From contig CAXXTX010000016.1 in NCBI GenBank assembly GCA_963666425.2, forward strand, positions 1 through 61,992: a stretch of DNA of 61,992 nt, written 5' to 3'. A program made the translations under genes and the position numbers. Below the pieces are notes generated by a model. The model made no database searches. It saw only the letters and a program-made list of their open reading frames with translations, and was not told the DNA's origin. Below are positions 28,110-38,013 of this stretch, piece by piece. The stretch is from Bacillota bacterium (GTDB lineage Bacteria; Bacillota; JAAYKD01). The stretch's first letter is position 1; each line of letters opens with the position of its first letter.

Positions 28110-29084
28110 TTACAGCTCCGCCTTGTACCACTCAATCGCTGCCTGCAAACCACGTTCGAAGTTCCAATCGGGATCATACCCAAGCATCTTTCTCGCTTTA
28201 CTAATATCCGCGTTGCTATGTTTGATATCGCCTTTACGATCCGGCCCGAAGATCGGCTGAATCTCTTTTCCTAAAGCTTTACACAGCACGTTGTAAATAT
28301 CAATTAAATACTCTCTGCCACCATAAGCAATATTATAGGCCATTCCCGCAGCTTCATGGGGCGCTTTACATGCTTTCAGATTTGCTTCAATCACATTCTC
28401 GATATAGGTGAAGTCTCTGCTTTGTTTTCCATCCCCATTGATCAGTGGTTGTTCATCGTTCATCAACTGTTTGATAAACTTTGGGATTACCGCTGCATAT
28501 GCGCCATCGGGATCTTGTCTCTTGCCAAATACATTGAAGTAGCGTAACCCATAAGTATCAAGCTGATACAATTTGGTATAAAGTTTCCCATACTCTTCAT
28601 CAACTCTTTTGGTCAAGGCATAGGGAGAAAGTAAATTACCTTCTATCCCCTCTTGCTTTGGTAAATTCGGCTCATCACCATAAACAGAAGAACTGGAAGC
28701 ATAGACAAACTTCTTTACACCGTTTTGTCTAGCTGCTTCCATCATATTCAGCGTTCCTCTGATATTGATTTCTTCATAAAGCAAGGGCATTTCAATACTT
28801 CTGGGTACACTCCCCCATGCCGCTTGGTTTAGAACATAATCTGCCCCTTTACAGGCAGCCATACAGATATTCAGATCGCGTATATCTCCCTCAATAAAGG
28901 TATAGCGCGGATTTGATGTAAACAAATCAATGTTGCTTCGTTTGCCAGTCGACAAATTATCCAGACAACGCACTTGATATCCGGCATTTAGCAGCGCTTC
29001 ACATAAATTAGAACCGATAAAACCGGCACCACCTGTGATTAAGAACACCGAATTTTGATCAAACCGAATCGACTCGTAACTCAT
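28110..29084 (-). CDS. UDP-GlcNAc(A) 4-epimerase, WbpP/TviC-like SDR
   Basis: TGGAGFIGS, 'AAWGSVPRS', YASSSSVYG, YALTK, 'LRYFNVFG'. Confidence 0.9.
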   Translation of the reverse strand: MSYESIRFDQNSVFLITGGAGFIGSNLCEALLNAGYQVRCLDNLSTGKRSNIDLFTSNPRYTFIEGDIRDLNICMAACKGADYVLNQAAWGSVPRSIEMPLLYEEINIRGTLNMMEAARQNGVKKFVYASSSSVYGDEPNLPKQEGIEGNLLSPYALTKRVDEEYGKLYTKLYQLDTYGLRYFNVFGKRQDPDGAYAAVIPKFIKQLMNDEQPLINGDGKQSRDFTYIENVIEANLKACKAPHEAAGMAYNIAYGGREYLIDIYNVLCKALGKEIQPIFGPDRKGDIKHSNADISKARKMLGYDPDWNFERGLQAAIEWYKAEL

Positions 29085-29097
29085 TGTAATTCCACCT

Positions 29098-30432
29098 TTA
29101 TAGCCGCCAGTATTGGTAGCCTGCTTCTTCATATTCTTTACGATTCAAAATTCCTTTGATATCAATCAGTACCTTGTTTTGGTTTGGTATCTTTTTATAC
29201 ATGCCAGCTATTTCTTGCATCGATAAATTTAAAAAGTCATCATGGCTAACTGCAATGATAATAGCATCCATCTCAACAATGTCACTCATCGGGCAAAACA
29301 CCACACCATATTCTCTGCTTGCTTCCTCAACAGAAGCCTGTGGATCGGTAATTTTAGCATTGATGCCGTATTCTTTTAATTCATTGACAATATCGATCAC
29401 CCTGGTATTGCGTGTATCCGGACAATTCTCTTTAAAGGTAAAACCTAAGATTGCCACTCTGGCATCTTTTACCGGAACATTTGCTCTAATTAAGCTTTTG
29501 ATTGTATTTTCAACAACATATTTACCCATATCATCGTTGATACGCCGGCCGGCAAGAATGACTTGGGAATGGTAACCCAATTGTTCTGCTTTATAAGTAA
29601 GGTAATAGGGATCCACGCCAATGCAATGCCCCCCCACCAACCCTGGTGTAAAGTTTAGAAAATTCCACTTGGTACCAGCTGCTTTTAAAACTGCTTTGGT
29701 ATCGATTCCCATCTTGTTAAAGATAATAGAAAGTTCATTCATAAAAGCAATATTGATATCTCTTTGAGAGTTTTCAATGACTTTCGCAGCTTCTGCAACT
29801 TTAATTGATTCTGCCCTGTATACACCTGCATCCACGACCAATTCATACACCTTGGCAATCGTATCCAGAGATTCTTCATCCATGCCTGATACGATCTTCG
29901 TGATTGTATTTAAACGGTGTTTCTTATCTCCCGGATTAATGCGTTCTGGTGAATATCCAATTTTAAAATCCACACCGCATTTCAAGCCAGATTCTTTTTC
30001 TAAAATTGGAACACAAATATCTTCAGTAACACCCGGATAAACTGTGGATTCAAAAACCACAATAGAACCGGGTGTTAAATTTCTTCCTAAAGTATGGCTG
30101 GCAGATTCGACCGGTCTCAAATCCGGCGTGCGGTCTTTATTGACCGGTGTTGGTACAGCAACAATATGGAACTTCGCTTCACGCAATCTTGTTTCATCGG
30201 CAGTAAATTCAACAGTTGTTTTCTTTACTGCATCATCGCCTACTTCTTTTGTTGGATCAATACCAATCTTATAAAGTTCGACCTTTTCTTGATTGAGATC
30301 AAACCCGATAACATTTACTTTCTTAGCAAAAGCGATAGCAATAGGTAATCCTACATAACCTAGACCGACCAAAGAGATTTTTTCTAGCTTTGTTGTAACC
30401 AATTCATTAAGGTTGACCATAGGTCTATTCAT
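29098..30432 (-). CDS. UDP-N-acetylhexosamine 6-dehydrogenase (TviB/WbpO-like)
   Basis: GLGYVGLP, ESTVYPG, YSPERINPG, GGHCIGVDP, GFTFKENCPD. Confidence 0.92.
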   Translation of the reverse strand: MNRPMVNLNELVTTKLEKISLVGLGYVGLPIAIAFAKKVNVIGFDLNQEKVELYKIGIDPTKEVGDDAVKKTTVEFTADETRLREAKFHIVAVPTPVNKDRTPDLRPVESASHTLGRNLTPGSIVVFESTVYPGVTEDICVPILEKESGLKCGVDFKIGYSPERINPGDKKHRLNTITKIVSGMDEESLDTIAKVYELVVDAGVYRAESIKVAEAAKVIENSQRDINIAFMNELSIIFNKMGIDTKAVLKAAGTKWNFLNFTPGLVGGHCIGVDPYYLTYKAEQLGYHSQVILAGRRINDDMGKYVVENTIKSLIRANVPVKDARVAILGFTFKENCPDTRNTRVIDIVNELKEYGINAKITDPQASVEEASREYGVVFCPMSDIVEMDAIIIAVSHDDFLNLSMQEIAGMYKKIPNQNKVLIDIKGILNRKEYEEAGYQYWRL

Positions 30433-30504
30433 ACACTTTTCCTCCCAAACTGTGCTTTCTCTTTATTGAACAACTATTGAAATCCTTGTGAATTATCAAA
30501 TCTT

Positions 30505-31647
30505 TCAGTATTTCCTCCAAACCATACGATCGACAATGCCCGTGTAACTCTGAATAATCTTAACAACCTTGCTGCTCACATTCAAATCGGTATAATCCGG
30601 CACGGGGATGCCGAAATCACCGTTCTGATTCATCTCCACTGCCGTATCCACCGCCTGCAATACCTGTTCTGTGGTTATACCGGCTAAAATGAAATTGCCT
30701 TTATCCATCGCTTCCGGGCGTTCGGTGGAAGTGCGGATACATACTGCGGGGAACGGTTTGCCAATGGCATTGAAGAAGCTCGCTTCTTCCGGCAGGGTGC
30801 CGCTATCGGAAACCACACAAAACGCATTCATCTGCAAATGGTTGTAGTCTGAAAAGCCAAATGGTTTTAAGCTGCGCACATTGGCATGGAACTGAAATTT
30901 TCGCTGCTCAATAAACTTTGCCGCCCGCGGATGGCAGCTGTAAATCACCGGCATCTGATATTTCTCTGCCATGGCATTGACCGCATTCATCAGCTGCAAG
31001 AAATTGGTTTCGATATCAATATTCTCTTCTCTGTGCGCGCTGAGTAATATATACCGACCTGCTGTTAGATCCAGTGTTTCCAATACCTTGGAAGCCTGGA
31101 TCTTTTCTATATTTGCCGTTAACACTTCTGCCATGGGAGAGCCAACCACGTAGGTTCTTTCCTTAGGCACACCTGCCGCATTCAAATAGCGTCTGGCGTG
31201 TTCCGAGTAGCATAAATTAACATCGGAAGTAACATCCACAATGCGCCGGTTGGTTTCTTCCGGCAGGCATTCATCAAAGCAGCGGTTGCCTGCTTCCATA
31301 TGGAAAATAGGAATATGCAGCCGTTTGGCGCCAATTACCGCCAGGCAGGAATTGGTATCGCCCAGTACCAGCACGGCATCCGGTTTGAGCTTGGCCATCA
31401 GCCGATAAGAAGCGGCGATAATGTTGCCGATTGTCTCCCCCAAATCCGCTCCGACCGCATTGAGATAATAATCCGGCGCACGCAGCTGCAAGTCTTCAAA
31501 AAAGACCTGATTCAATTCATAATCGTAATTCTGCCCGGTATGCACCAGGATCTGCTCAAAATAGCGGTCGCATGCCTTGATACAAGCGGACAAACGAATG
31601 ATTTCCGGCCTGGTCCCCACAATTGTCATCAGTTTCAACTTTGCCAT
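30505..31647 (-). CDS. fnlC: UDP-L-FucNAc pathway 2-epimerase (FnlC/Cap5G/WbjD)
   Basis: VGTRPEIIRLS, HTGQNYD, HMEAGNRC, SDSGT; third gene of the fnl trio. Confidence 0.9.
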   Translation of the reverse strand: MAKLKLMTIVGTRPEIIRLSACIKACDRYFEQILVHTGQNYDYELNQVFFEDLQLRAPDYYLNAVGADLGETIGNIIAASYRLMAKLKPDAVLVLGDTNSCLAVIGAKRLHIPIFHMEAGNRCFDECLPEETNRRIVDVTSDVNLCYSEHARRYLNAAGVPKERTYVVGSPMAEVLTANIEKIQASKVLETLDLTAGRYILLSAHREENIDIETNFLQLMNAVNAMAEKYQMPVIYSCHPRAAKFIEQRKFQFHANVRSLKPFGFSDYNHLQMNAFCVVSDSGTLPEEASFFNAIGKPFPAVCIRTSTERPEAMDKGNFILAGITTEQVLQAVDTAVEMNQNGDFGIPVPDYTDLNVSSKVVKIIQSYTGIVDRMVWRKY

Positions 31648-31666
31648 CGGCGCTCACCTGCCTTTG

Positions 31667-32776
31667 CTATACTTTTAAGAAATAAGTATCCGGCTTATCC
31701 GGATTGAAGGCTTCGTTCGCCCACATAAAAGTGACTAGATCGGTTTCACCCACATTGGTAATATTATGCGTATAACCGGTTGGGATATCTACCACTTCTA
31801 ATTTCTCTCCGCTCACCGCATAGGAAATTACTTCGTTGCTGTAGATCTGACGGAATTGGATCAAACCCTTGCCGCTGACCACTAGGAATTTCTCGTTTTT
31901 GGTGTGATGCCAATGATTCCCCTTGGTGATCCCCGGCTTTGCCACATTCACCGAAAACTGACCGCGATCCAAGGTGCGGATGATTTCCGTGAAGGATCCG
32001 CGTTCGTCTACATTCATTTTCAGCGGATAACTGAACTGATCGGTAGGTAAATAGCTGAGGTACGTGCTGTAGAGCTTCTTTTCAAACGCGTTGGCCAGGT
32101 TTGGCACACTCAAAGCAACCCTGCTCGCTTTGAAACCGTAAATGAGATCAACGATCTCACCCAGAGTGATTGTATAAGTAACCGGCACGATGCAAAGATC
32201 ATCGGCACGGTGTTCATTCCCTTTTAAGGCGCGCATCAACTCTTCTACCAGATCATCGATGTAAACCAAATTCAGAACCGCACTGCGGTCATTGACCTGA
32301 ATCGGTAAACCATGCGCAATGTTATGGCAGAAAGTTGCGACCGCGCTGTTATAATTCGGTCTGCACCATTTTCCAAACACATTCGGAAAACGGTAAATTA
32401 AAACCTTCGCTCCCGTTTCGGCTGCATAAGCAGAGAGCAGGTCCTCCCCTGCTTTTTTGCTTTCCCCATAAGGGTTCGGCAAAGCAGCCTGAATGGAGGA
32501 AGCAAGCACAACCGGGCAAGTGTTGCCGTATTTCTTTAAAGCAGCCAATAAAACCGAAGTAAAACCAAAATTCCCGGCTAAAAACTCAGCCGGGTCTTTT
32601 GGACGGTTAACTCCGGCCAAATGGAAGACAAATTCAGCTTCCCGGCAATATTCATCCAGTAAAGTGGGATCTGTCTCGATATCGTACGCTAAAATATCCG
32701 TATAGTTCTGATTTTTCAATTCGGCAATTAAATTCTTGCCAATAAAGCCATTGGAGCCGGTAACCAGGATTTTCAT
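31667..32776 (-). CDS. fnlB: SDR reductase + cupin (FnlB/Cap5F/WbjC)
   Basis: TGSNGFIG, HLAGVNRP, 'NVFGKWCRPNYNS', 'KGNHWHHTK'. ATGA-coupled to fnlA. Confidence 0.92.
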   Translation of the reverse strand: MKILVTGSNGFIGKNLIAELKNQNYTDILAYDIETDPTLLDEYCREAEFVFHLAGVNRPKDPAEFLAGNFGFTSVLLAALKKYGNTCPVVLASSIQAALPNPYGESKKAGEDLLSAYAAETGAKVLIYRFPNVFGKWCRPNYNSAVATFCHNIAHGLPIQVNDRSAVLNLVYIDDLVEELMRALKGNEHRADDLCIVPVTYTITLGEIVDLIYGFKASRVALSVPNLANAFEKKLYSTYLSYLPTDQFSYPLKMNVDERGSFTEIIRTLDRGQFSVNVAKPGITKGNHWHHTKNEKFLVVSGKGLIQFRQIYSNEVISYAVSGEKLEVVDIPTGYTHNITNVGETDLVTFMWANEAFNPDKPDTYFLKV

Positions 32777-33795
32777 GCTTTCTGCCAACCCTTCAGTTCA
32801 TTCTGTACATATTCTAAGTTTAGCAGTTTTGCTTTGATCTGCTCCACATTCAAACGTACTGTATTGTTGGAGTTGTAATCTTCCTGCAGCGTATTTAGCG
32901 GGGTACCTTCCACAAAATACTTATCGTAATTTAAATCTCGCTTATCGGCCGGCACACGGAAAAAATCGCCCATATCCTGCGCAACCAGGAATTCTTCCTT
33001 GGTAAGCAAGGTTTCATACTGCTTTTCGCCATGGCGCGTGCCGATAATTTTAATCTCATTATCTGCATGGAATAATTCCTTGACCGCCTGCGCTAAATCG
33101 GCAATGGTGGAAGCCGGCGCCTTCTGCACCATAATATCTCCCGCTTTGGCGTGTTGGAAAGCGAAGACAACCAATTCAACCGCTTCTTCTAAGCTCATTA
33201 AAAAGCGAGTCATATTTGGGTCAGTTATGGTCAAAGGTTGACCGCTTTTGATTTGATCAATAAACAAAGGAATAACAGATCCCCGCGAAGCCATGACATT
33301 GCCGTAACGTGTTCCGCAAATTAGAGTCTCCACCGGATCCACCGTTTTCGATTTTGCTACAAAGACCTTTTCCATCATCGCTTTGGAAATCCCCATGGCG
33401 TTGATAGGATAAGCTGCCTTATCTGTGGAAAGGCAGATCACTTTCTTTACGCCACATTCAATAGCGGCAGTCAGCACATTATCCGTTCCCAGGACGTTGG
33501 TTTTCACCGCTTCTAAAGGGAAAAATTCGCAAGAAGGTACCTGTTTTAAAGCCGCTGCATGAAAAATATAATCTACCCCATGCATAGCATTTTTGATGCT
33601 GGCTAAATCGCGCACATCTCCAATATAGAATTTTAATTTGTCATTTTTATAGAGTTTGCGCATATCATCTTGTTTTTTTTCATCGCGAGAAAAGATGCGA
33701 ATTTCTTGGATTTCGCTATTGAGGAAGCGCTGCATAACGGCATTGCCAAAGGAACCTGTGCCCCCGGTTATTAATAAGATTTTATTTTTAAACAT
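32773..33795 (-). CDS. fnlA: UDP-GlcNAc 4,6-dehydratase/5-epimerase (FnlA/Cap5E/WbjB)
   Basis: TGGTGSFG, AAALKQVPSCEF, LSTDKA, RYGNVMASRGS. Confidence 0.93.
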   Translation of the reverse strand: MFKNKILLITGGTGSFGNAVMQRFLNSEIQEIRIFSRDEKKQDDMRKLYKNDKLKFYIGDVRDLASIKNAMHGVDYIFHAAALKQVPSCEFFPLEAVKTNVLGTDNVLTAAIECGVKKVICLSTDKAAYPINAMGISKAMMEKVFVAKSKTVDPVETLICGTRYGNVMASRGSVIPLFIDQIKSGQPLTITDPNMTRFLMSLEEAVELVVFAFQHAKAGDIMVQKAPASTIADLAQAVKELFHADNEIKIIGTRHGEKQYETLLTKEEFLVAQDMGDFFRVPADKRDLNYDKYFVEGTPLNTLQEDYNSNNTVRLNVEQIKAKLLNLEYVQNELKGWQKA

Positions 33796-33901
33796 TTGTT
33801 ACTCCATTTTTAATCTGTCAAAATTTTGCGTTTTGCTTAACAAAACAAACGCTATTGTAAATGGAATGGAACCTTATCCTAGGAATAAATTGATAATCAC
33901 C

Positions 33902-33959
33902 TGTATATGCTAATCTAAATGTTAACCCCCGATGGTCACCTTTTCGATTGACAAATACA
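33902..33959. mobile_element. 58-bp miniature IS21 derivative (both termini fused)
   Basis: TGTATATGCTAATCTAAATGTTAACC-CCCGA-TGGTCACCTTTTCGATTGACAAATACA, near-identical to the two ends of the IS21 at 24370-26859. Confidence 0.85.
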
Positions 33960-33961
33960 CC

Positions 33962-34801
33962 CTATTTTCTAATTGCCTCGAAAATATCTTTCACACTTTT
34001 AAAAGTTAGCGTCGGTTTGATATTTCCATTTTCTATATCTTCTATTGTGGCTTCACCAGTCAGGACACATATGCTTATAACCCCGGCATTCAATCCTGTG
34101 GCTATGTCCGTGTATAGTCTGTCACCGATGACGCAAGTTTCTTCTTTGCTCGTTCCAAACTTTGTCATAGCAATATCGACCATGACAGGATCGGGTTTAC
34201 CTATATAGATAGGTGTTTTACCTGTGCAATTTTTTATCATACCACAGATAGAACCACAATCCGGGATATATCCAAAGCTAACTGGGCATCGAAGATCTGG
34301 GTTCGTAGCATAATAAGGTAAATCTCTGCTCAATAGCTTACATGTCTTGTGCAGTTTTCCACTCGTCAGTTCAGTATCAAAACCCACCAGAATCAGATTA
34401 ATATCATCTTCAATATTTTCTGTAACGTTAATACCTGATTCAGCAAGTTCTCTTATCAACGATTTTGTACCCTGGCAGTATACCTTTGCATTTGGAAATC
34501 TTTCTTTTAGTAAAAGAACCGAAGCCTGTGCTGATGTGAAAAAGTTTTCCTTATCAGCCACTAACCCTAGACGGTTAATCTTTGAAACATAGTCGGTTAC
34601 TGATTTTGATGAGTTGTTGGTGATAAACACATATCGCCCACCATTTGTTTTAATCTGTGCCATTAAAGCAAGGGTTCCGTCAAAGAGTCTTTCTTCTTCA
34701 TAAATAGTTCCATCCATATCAAAGAGGAAAAGCCTTTTATTCTTCAAATCTGCAGCATCAACACCAAAGTAGTCTGTCACTTTTCTTGTTCCCATTAACA
34801 T
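33962..34801 (-). CDS. HAD-IIA hydrolase (Gtp3-like)
   Basis: FDMDGT, TNNS, GKP, IGDRLYTDI. Confidence 0.88.
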   Translation of the reverse strand: MLMGTRKVTDYFGVDAADLKNKRLFLFDMDGTIYEEERLFDGTLALMAQIKTNGGRYVFITNNSSKSVTDYVSKINRLGLVADKENFFTSAQASVLLLKERFPNAKVYCQGTKSLIRELAESGINVTENIEDDINLILVGFDTELTSGKLHKTCKLLSRDLPYYATNPDLRCPVSFGYIPDCGSICGMIKNCTGKTPIYIGKPDPVMVDIAMTKFGTSKEETCVIGDRLYTDIATGLNAGVISICVLTGEATIEDIENGNIKPTLTFKSVKDIFEAIRK

Positions 34802-35502
34802 ACAAAAAGTTCCTCAGCTGCTATTAAATCTTCATAATTGTCAATCTCAAACCATCTGCCTACCAAGGGGCAAGCGTGAAAATTATTCTCTAGTAGTATA
34901 TCATTTAAAGCGACCTCGCTCCATTTCTTCAATTCTTTCTTATCAACAATGTACTCTGCGCATTTGTCAAAAAAATCTTTGCCACCCTCTGCTGAAAACT
35001 TATATACATCGATGGAAGATCCGAGCGCATCCTCCGGTCTAATTGCCTTTGAGATTTCTACCAGTTTTCCGTTTTTCTCGACAACCTTCATAGATTCTTT
35101 AATATATCTGCCGATATCAGTCACAATAGCATCTTGATAATCACATGCAAGAAGTGCTTTGATGACAGAAGCATCAAAAAATACATCAGCATTCATCATC
35201 AAAAAAGAGTCCCCGCCAACTACCGTTCTGCCAAGATATGCAGAATACATATTGTTGGTTGTAACGTAATCAACACTCTCAATAATACTTATTTCTGGAT
35301 ACTTCTCGTGTACTGCCTTCTCCAGAATGTCAGCTTTATAACCTGATATGATTGTGATATCCATAACACCATTCTCATGCAAATTTTCGATTTGTTTCAT
35401 TAAAATGGGTTTTCCATTTACCGGAACGAGCGGTTTGGGACAAGTGTCCGTAAACGGAGCTAATCTTGAACCAAAACCTGCTGCTAAAATCAATGCCTTC
35501 AT
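34795..35502 (-). CDS. Sugar/polyol-phosphate nucleotidyltransferase (LicC/Gtp2-like)
   Basis: LILAAGFGSRL...PKPL, WFEIDN. Confidence 0.88.
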   Translation of the reverse strand: MKALILAAGFGSRLAPFTDTCPKPLVPVNGKPILMKQIENLHENGVMDITIISGYKADILEKAVHEKYPEISIIESVDYVTTNNMYSAYLGRTVVGGDSFLMMNADVFFDASVIKALLACDYQDAIVTDIGRYIKESMKVVEKNGKLVEISKAIRPEDALGSSIDVYKFSAEGGKDFFDKCAEYIVDKKELKKWSEVALNDILLENNFHACPLVGRWFEIDNYEDLIAAEELFVC

Positions 35503-35504
35503 TT

Positions 35505-36533
35505 TTACAATTCCTCCACTAGTTCTTGGTATAGCTTTTTGAGCCTATTAGTATTTAAATCAAGTTCATGCAGATATGTATAGCGATTATTTCTCATCGC
35601 TGTTGCATTCTGTATACAATAAACAAAAGTATCCTCATCTATTTCAAGACGAGCTGGATTGATATCAACTTCAAATTTCTTCAGATAGCATAAAACTTCC
35701 ATATAGTCTTCACCTAATAGTTTCAACACGGCAATTGCTCCAAGCGCCACTTGAAAACCATGCAAGTTTTGCTTTACACTATAATAGTCCAATGCATGAG
35801 AAAATAGATGCTCAGAGCCACTAACCGGCCTGCTACTTCCAGCATAGTCCATAGCAATACCTGACAACACTAAAGAGTTTGCAAGAACATCGATAAACTC
35901 TGGGCAGATAGAATCAAACCGTGTCTTCATTAATACATCTAGAGAAGTCTTTGACATCATGTAAGCATATCCATTCATAACATCCTTACCTCTTGAAATG
36001 GCAAAATCCCAGTCTTTTAACGCCATATAGTTTGATATAGTATCTCCTATACCAGCCTTAATGAGTTGCAGCGGACATGTGGCAATAAGTTTCGTGTCAA
36101 GAATCAGCATTGATGGCATTGCACAGCCAAGACTTTTTGGCTTGTTGTCTTGTCTCTTTAAAACGGCTATAGGTGAAGCAATTCCGTCATGGGCCAATGT
36201 CGTTGGTATAGAAAGAAAAGGTTTCTTTGAAATAAACGCAGCATACTTGCAAACATCCAAAACTCTTCCACCACCCATACCTACAATACAATCTATATCT
36301 GTAGCAATAACACGCTCAGCTATGGACATAACATAAGCAATTGTATTATTATCTACGTTCTCTTCTTTAATTCTGCCAACCTGCTCAATCTGCGGACGTA
36401 CAATATAGCCGTACAGTTTATCAACGGCAGGATCTGAAATATAAAGTATTTTGCCAGTTATACTACTTTCTTTCAGTGTCTCTGTGACCTCACTTATTTT
36501 ACCGGAGCCAATCTTCAGAATGTTACTAATCAA
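35505..36533 (-). CDS. Glycerol-phosphate dehydrogenase, Fe-ADH-like family (Gtp1-like)
   Basis: GGGRVLDVCK, PTTLAHDG, SRPVSGSEHLFSHALD, HGFQV. Confidence 0.88.
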   Translation of the reverse strand: MISNILKIGSGKISEVTETLKESSITGKILYISDPAVDKLYGYIVRPQIEQVGRIKEENVDNNTIAYVMSIAERVIATDIDCIVGMGGGRVLDVCKYAAFISKKPFLSIPTTLAHDGIASPIAVLKRQDNKPKSLGCAMPSMLILDTKLIATCPLQLIKAGIGDTISNYMALKDWDFAISRGKDVMNGYAYMMSKTSLDVLMKTRFDSICPEFIDVLANSLVLSGIAMDYAGSSRPVSGSEHLFSHALDYYSVKQNLHGFQVALGAIAVLKLLGEDYMEVLCYLKKFEVDINPARLEIDEDTFVYCIQNATAMRNNRYTYLHELDLNTNRLKKLYQELVEEL

Positions 36534-36705
36534 TGTTAAGCCCCCTTTGCTTTACACTTTGCAAAACAATCAACCTATTTAATACCAAATACTAATTAAT
36601 AGCTTCTCTTTTATCCTTCATTTTTCCTCATGCAAAAAATAATTTTTTAACCCGACTACTAAGGTTCATCTCTTCATCTCATCGTTATACTTACTTTTCA
36701 TTTTT

Positions 36706-38013
36706 TTACGATAGCAGATTCATCATGTTCTTGCGCTCTTTTTTATCAAGTTTTCCTAGACCTGTTATAATAGCCCATAACCTTATTAACAATACACAAA
36801 GCTCTGTTATACAAGTAAGAATACAAATACTATAGACATTTAATAAACCAGCTAAATTTAGTGATACTAATCCTATTACTTGTATAATAGCAGCTAATAT
36901 ATTCGATAGATTAGCATATTTAGCTAAACCTAATGGTGTTAATGTTGGAAATCCCAATAAATAGTTCGGTAAACCCAATACAATTAGAGGTAATAGTAAC
37001 TTTAAAATCAAAGCAGCATTTTTAAATTCTTTTCCAAATAGCAATATACATATTGGTTCCGCTAAAATACCAATAAAAATGCAACCTAATAGAATTATCG
37101 GAACGCTAAATAGTAAGATTTTCTTTATTAACTTATAGTCTTTATTCTTTATCATATACGGGTACAAGCTATCAGTTATTGGTGAAAAGCCGCTTCGTGC
37201 AGTCTTGACTAAATTATTCGCAGATGTAAAATAACCGACGATATTTCCTGACGGATATATAAGACCTAAAATAAAAGTATTTGTTGCATCATATACAGAG
37301 GTCGCTATTCTCGAATAAAAAAAGTAGCTTGATTTTTTAAAAGTCTTAAGTATATCGATTGGCTTAACTAGTACAATTTTAACTCTCAGTTTCCTAAATA
37401 CATGATTATAAACAAATATAACTGCGCCTGTTGCTCCTATGATATTTAATACTGGAACATAATAATACTGTGATCTGTCTTTTAGTAATGCAAAAATCAT
37501 TATCGTAAAGAAAAATTTCACTGCTAAAGTCCTGTACGTAATGATTTTCATATTTTCTAAACCTCTATAAAGGTAATCAGGCAACATTGAATTTATCGCA
37601 CTATATAAGAAAAACAAGATAAATAGTAATATATCTTCTTTTATTTTTGGAATAAATTCACTTAAAACTAATAGAAAAATAAAAGATAATATAATTAAGA
37701 TTAGTTTGATAATTATTACCGAAGACATAATTGCGGATAATCTGTTGGTATTATCTCGATTATCTGCTACATCAGCTGTAGCAGATAGAATAAAGCCGAA
37801 ATCAAATATCAATTGGAAGTATGTTGTCAACGCTATTGCAAAACCTAATTTACCATAATTTTCTGGGCCCAAAATTCTAGTTTGATATGGAATAGTAATA
37901 AAACTGAAAAAATAATTCGAAATTGTCAATATATACAATAGTATTGTATTGTTTAATAAAGTAGACTTTTTTTCCCTAATATCTACTTTACCACTTTCAA
38001 TATTTTCATTCAT
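36706..38013 (-). CDS. wzx: Oligosaccharide flippase Wzx
   Basis: Many TM segments, 'IPYQTRILGPENYG' and 'DFGF'. Likely start MNENIES at 38013. Confidence 0.9.
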   Translation of the reverse strand: MNENIESGKVDIREKKSTLLNNTILLYILTISNYFFSFITIPYQTRILGPENYGKLGFAIALTTYFQLIFDFGFILSATADVADNRDNTNRLSAIMSSVIIIKLILIILSFIFLLVLSEFIPKIKEDILLFILFFLYSAINSMLPDYLYRGLENMKIITYRTLAVKFFFTIMIFALLKDRSQYYYVPVLNIIGATGAVIFVYNHVFRKLRVKIVLVKPIDILKTFKKSSYFFYSRIATSVYDATNTFILGLIYPSGNIVGYFTSANNLVKTARSGFSPITDSLYPYMIKNKDYKLIKKILLFSVPIILLGCIFIGILAEPICILLFGKEFKNAALILKLLLPLIVLGLPNYLLGFPTLTPLGLAKYANLSNILAAIIQVIGLVSLNLAGLLNVYSICILTCITELCVLLIRLWAIITGLGKLDKKERKNMMNLLS

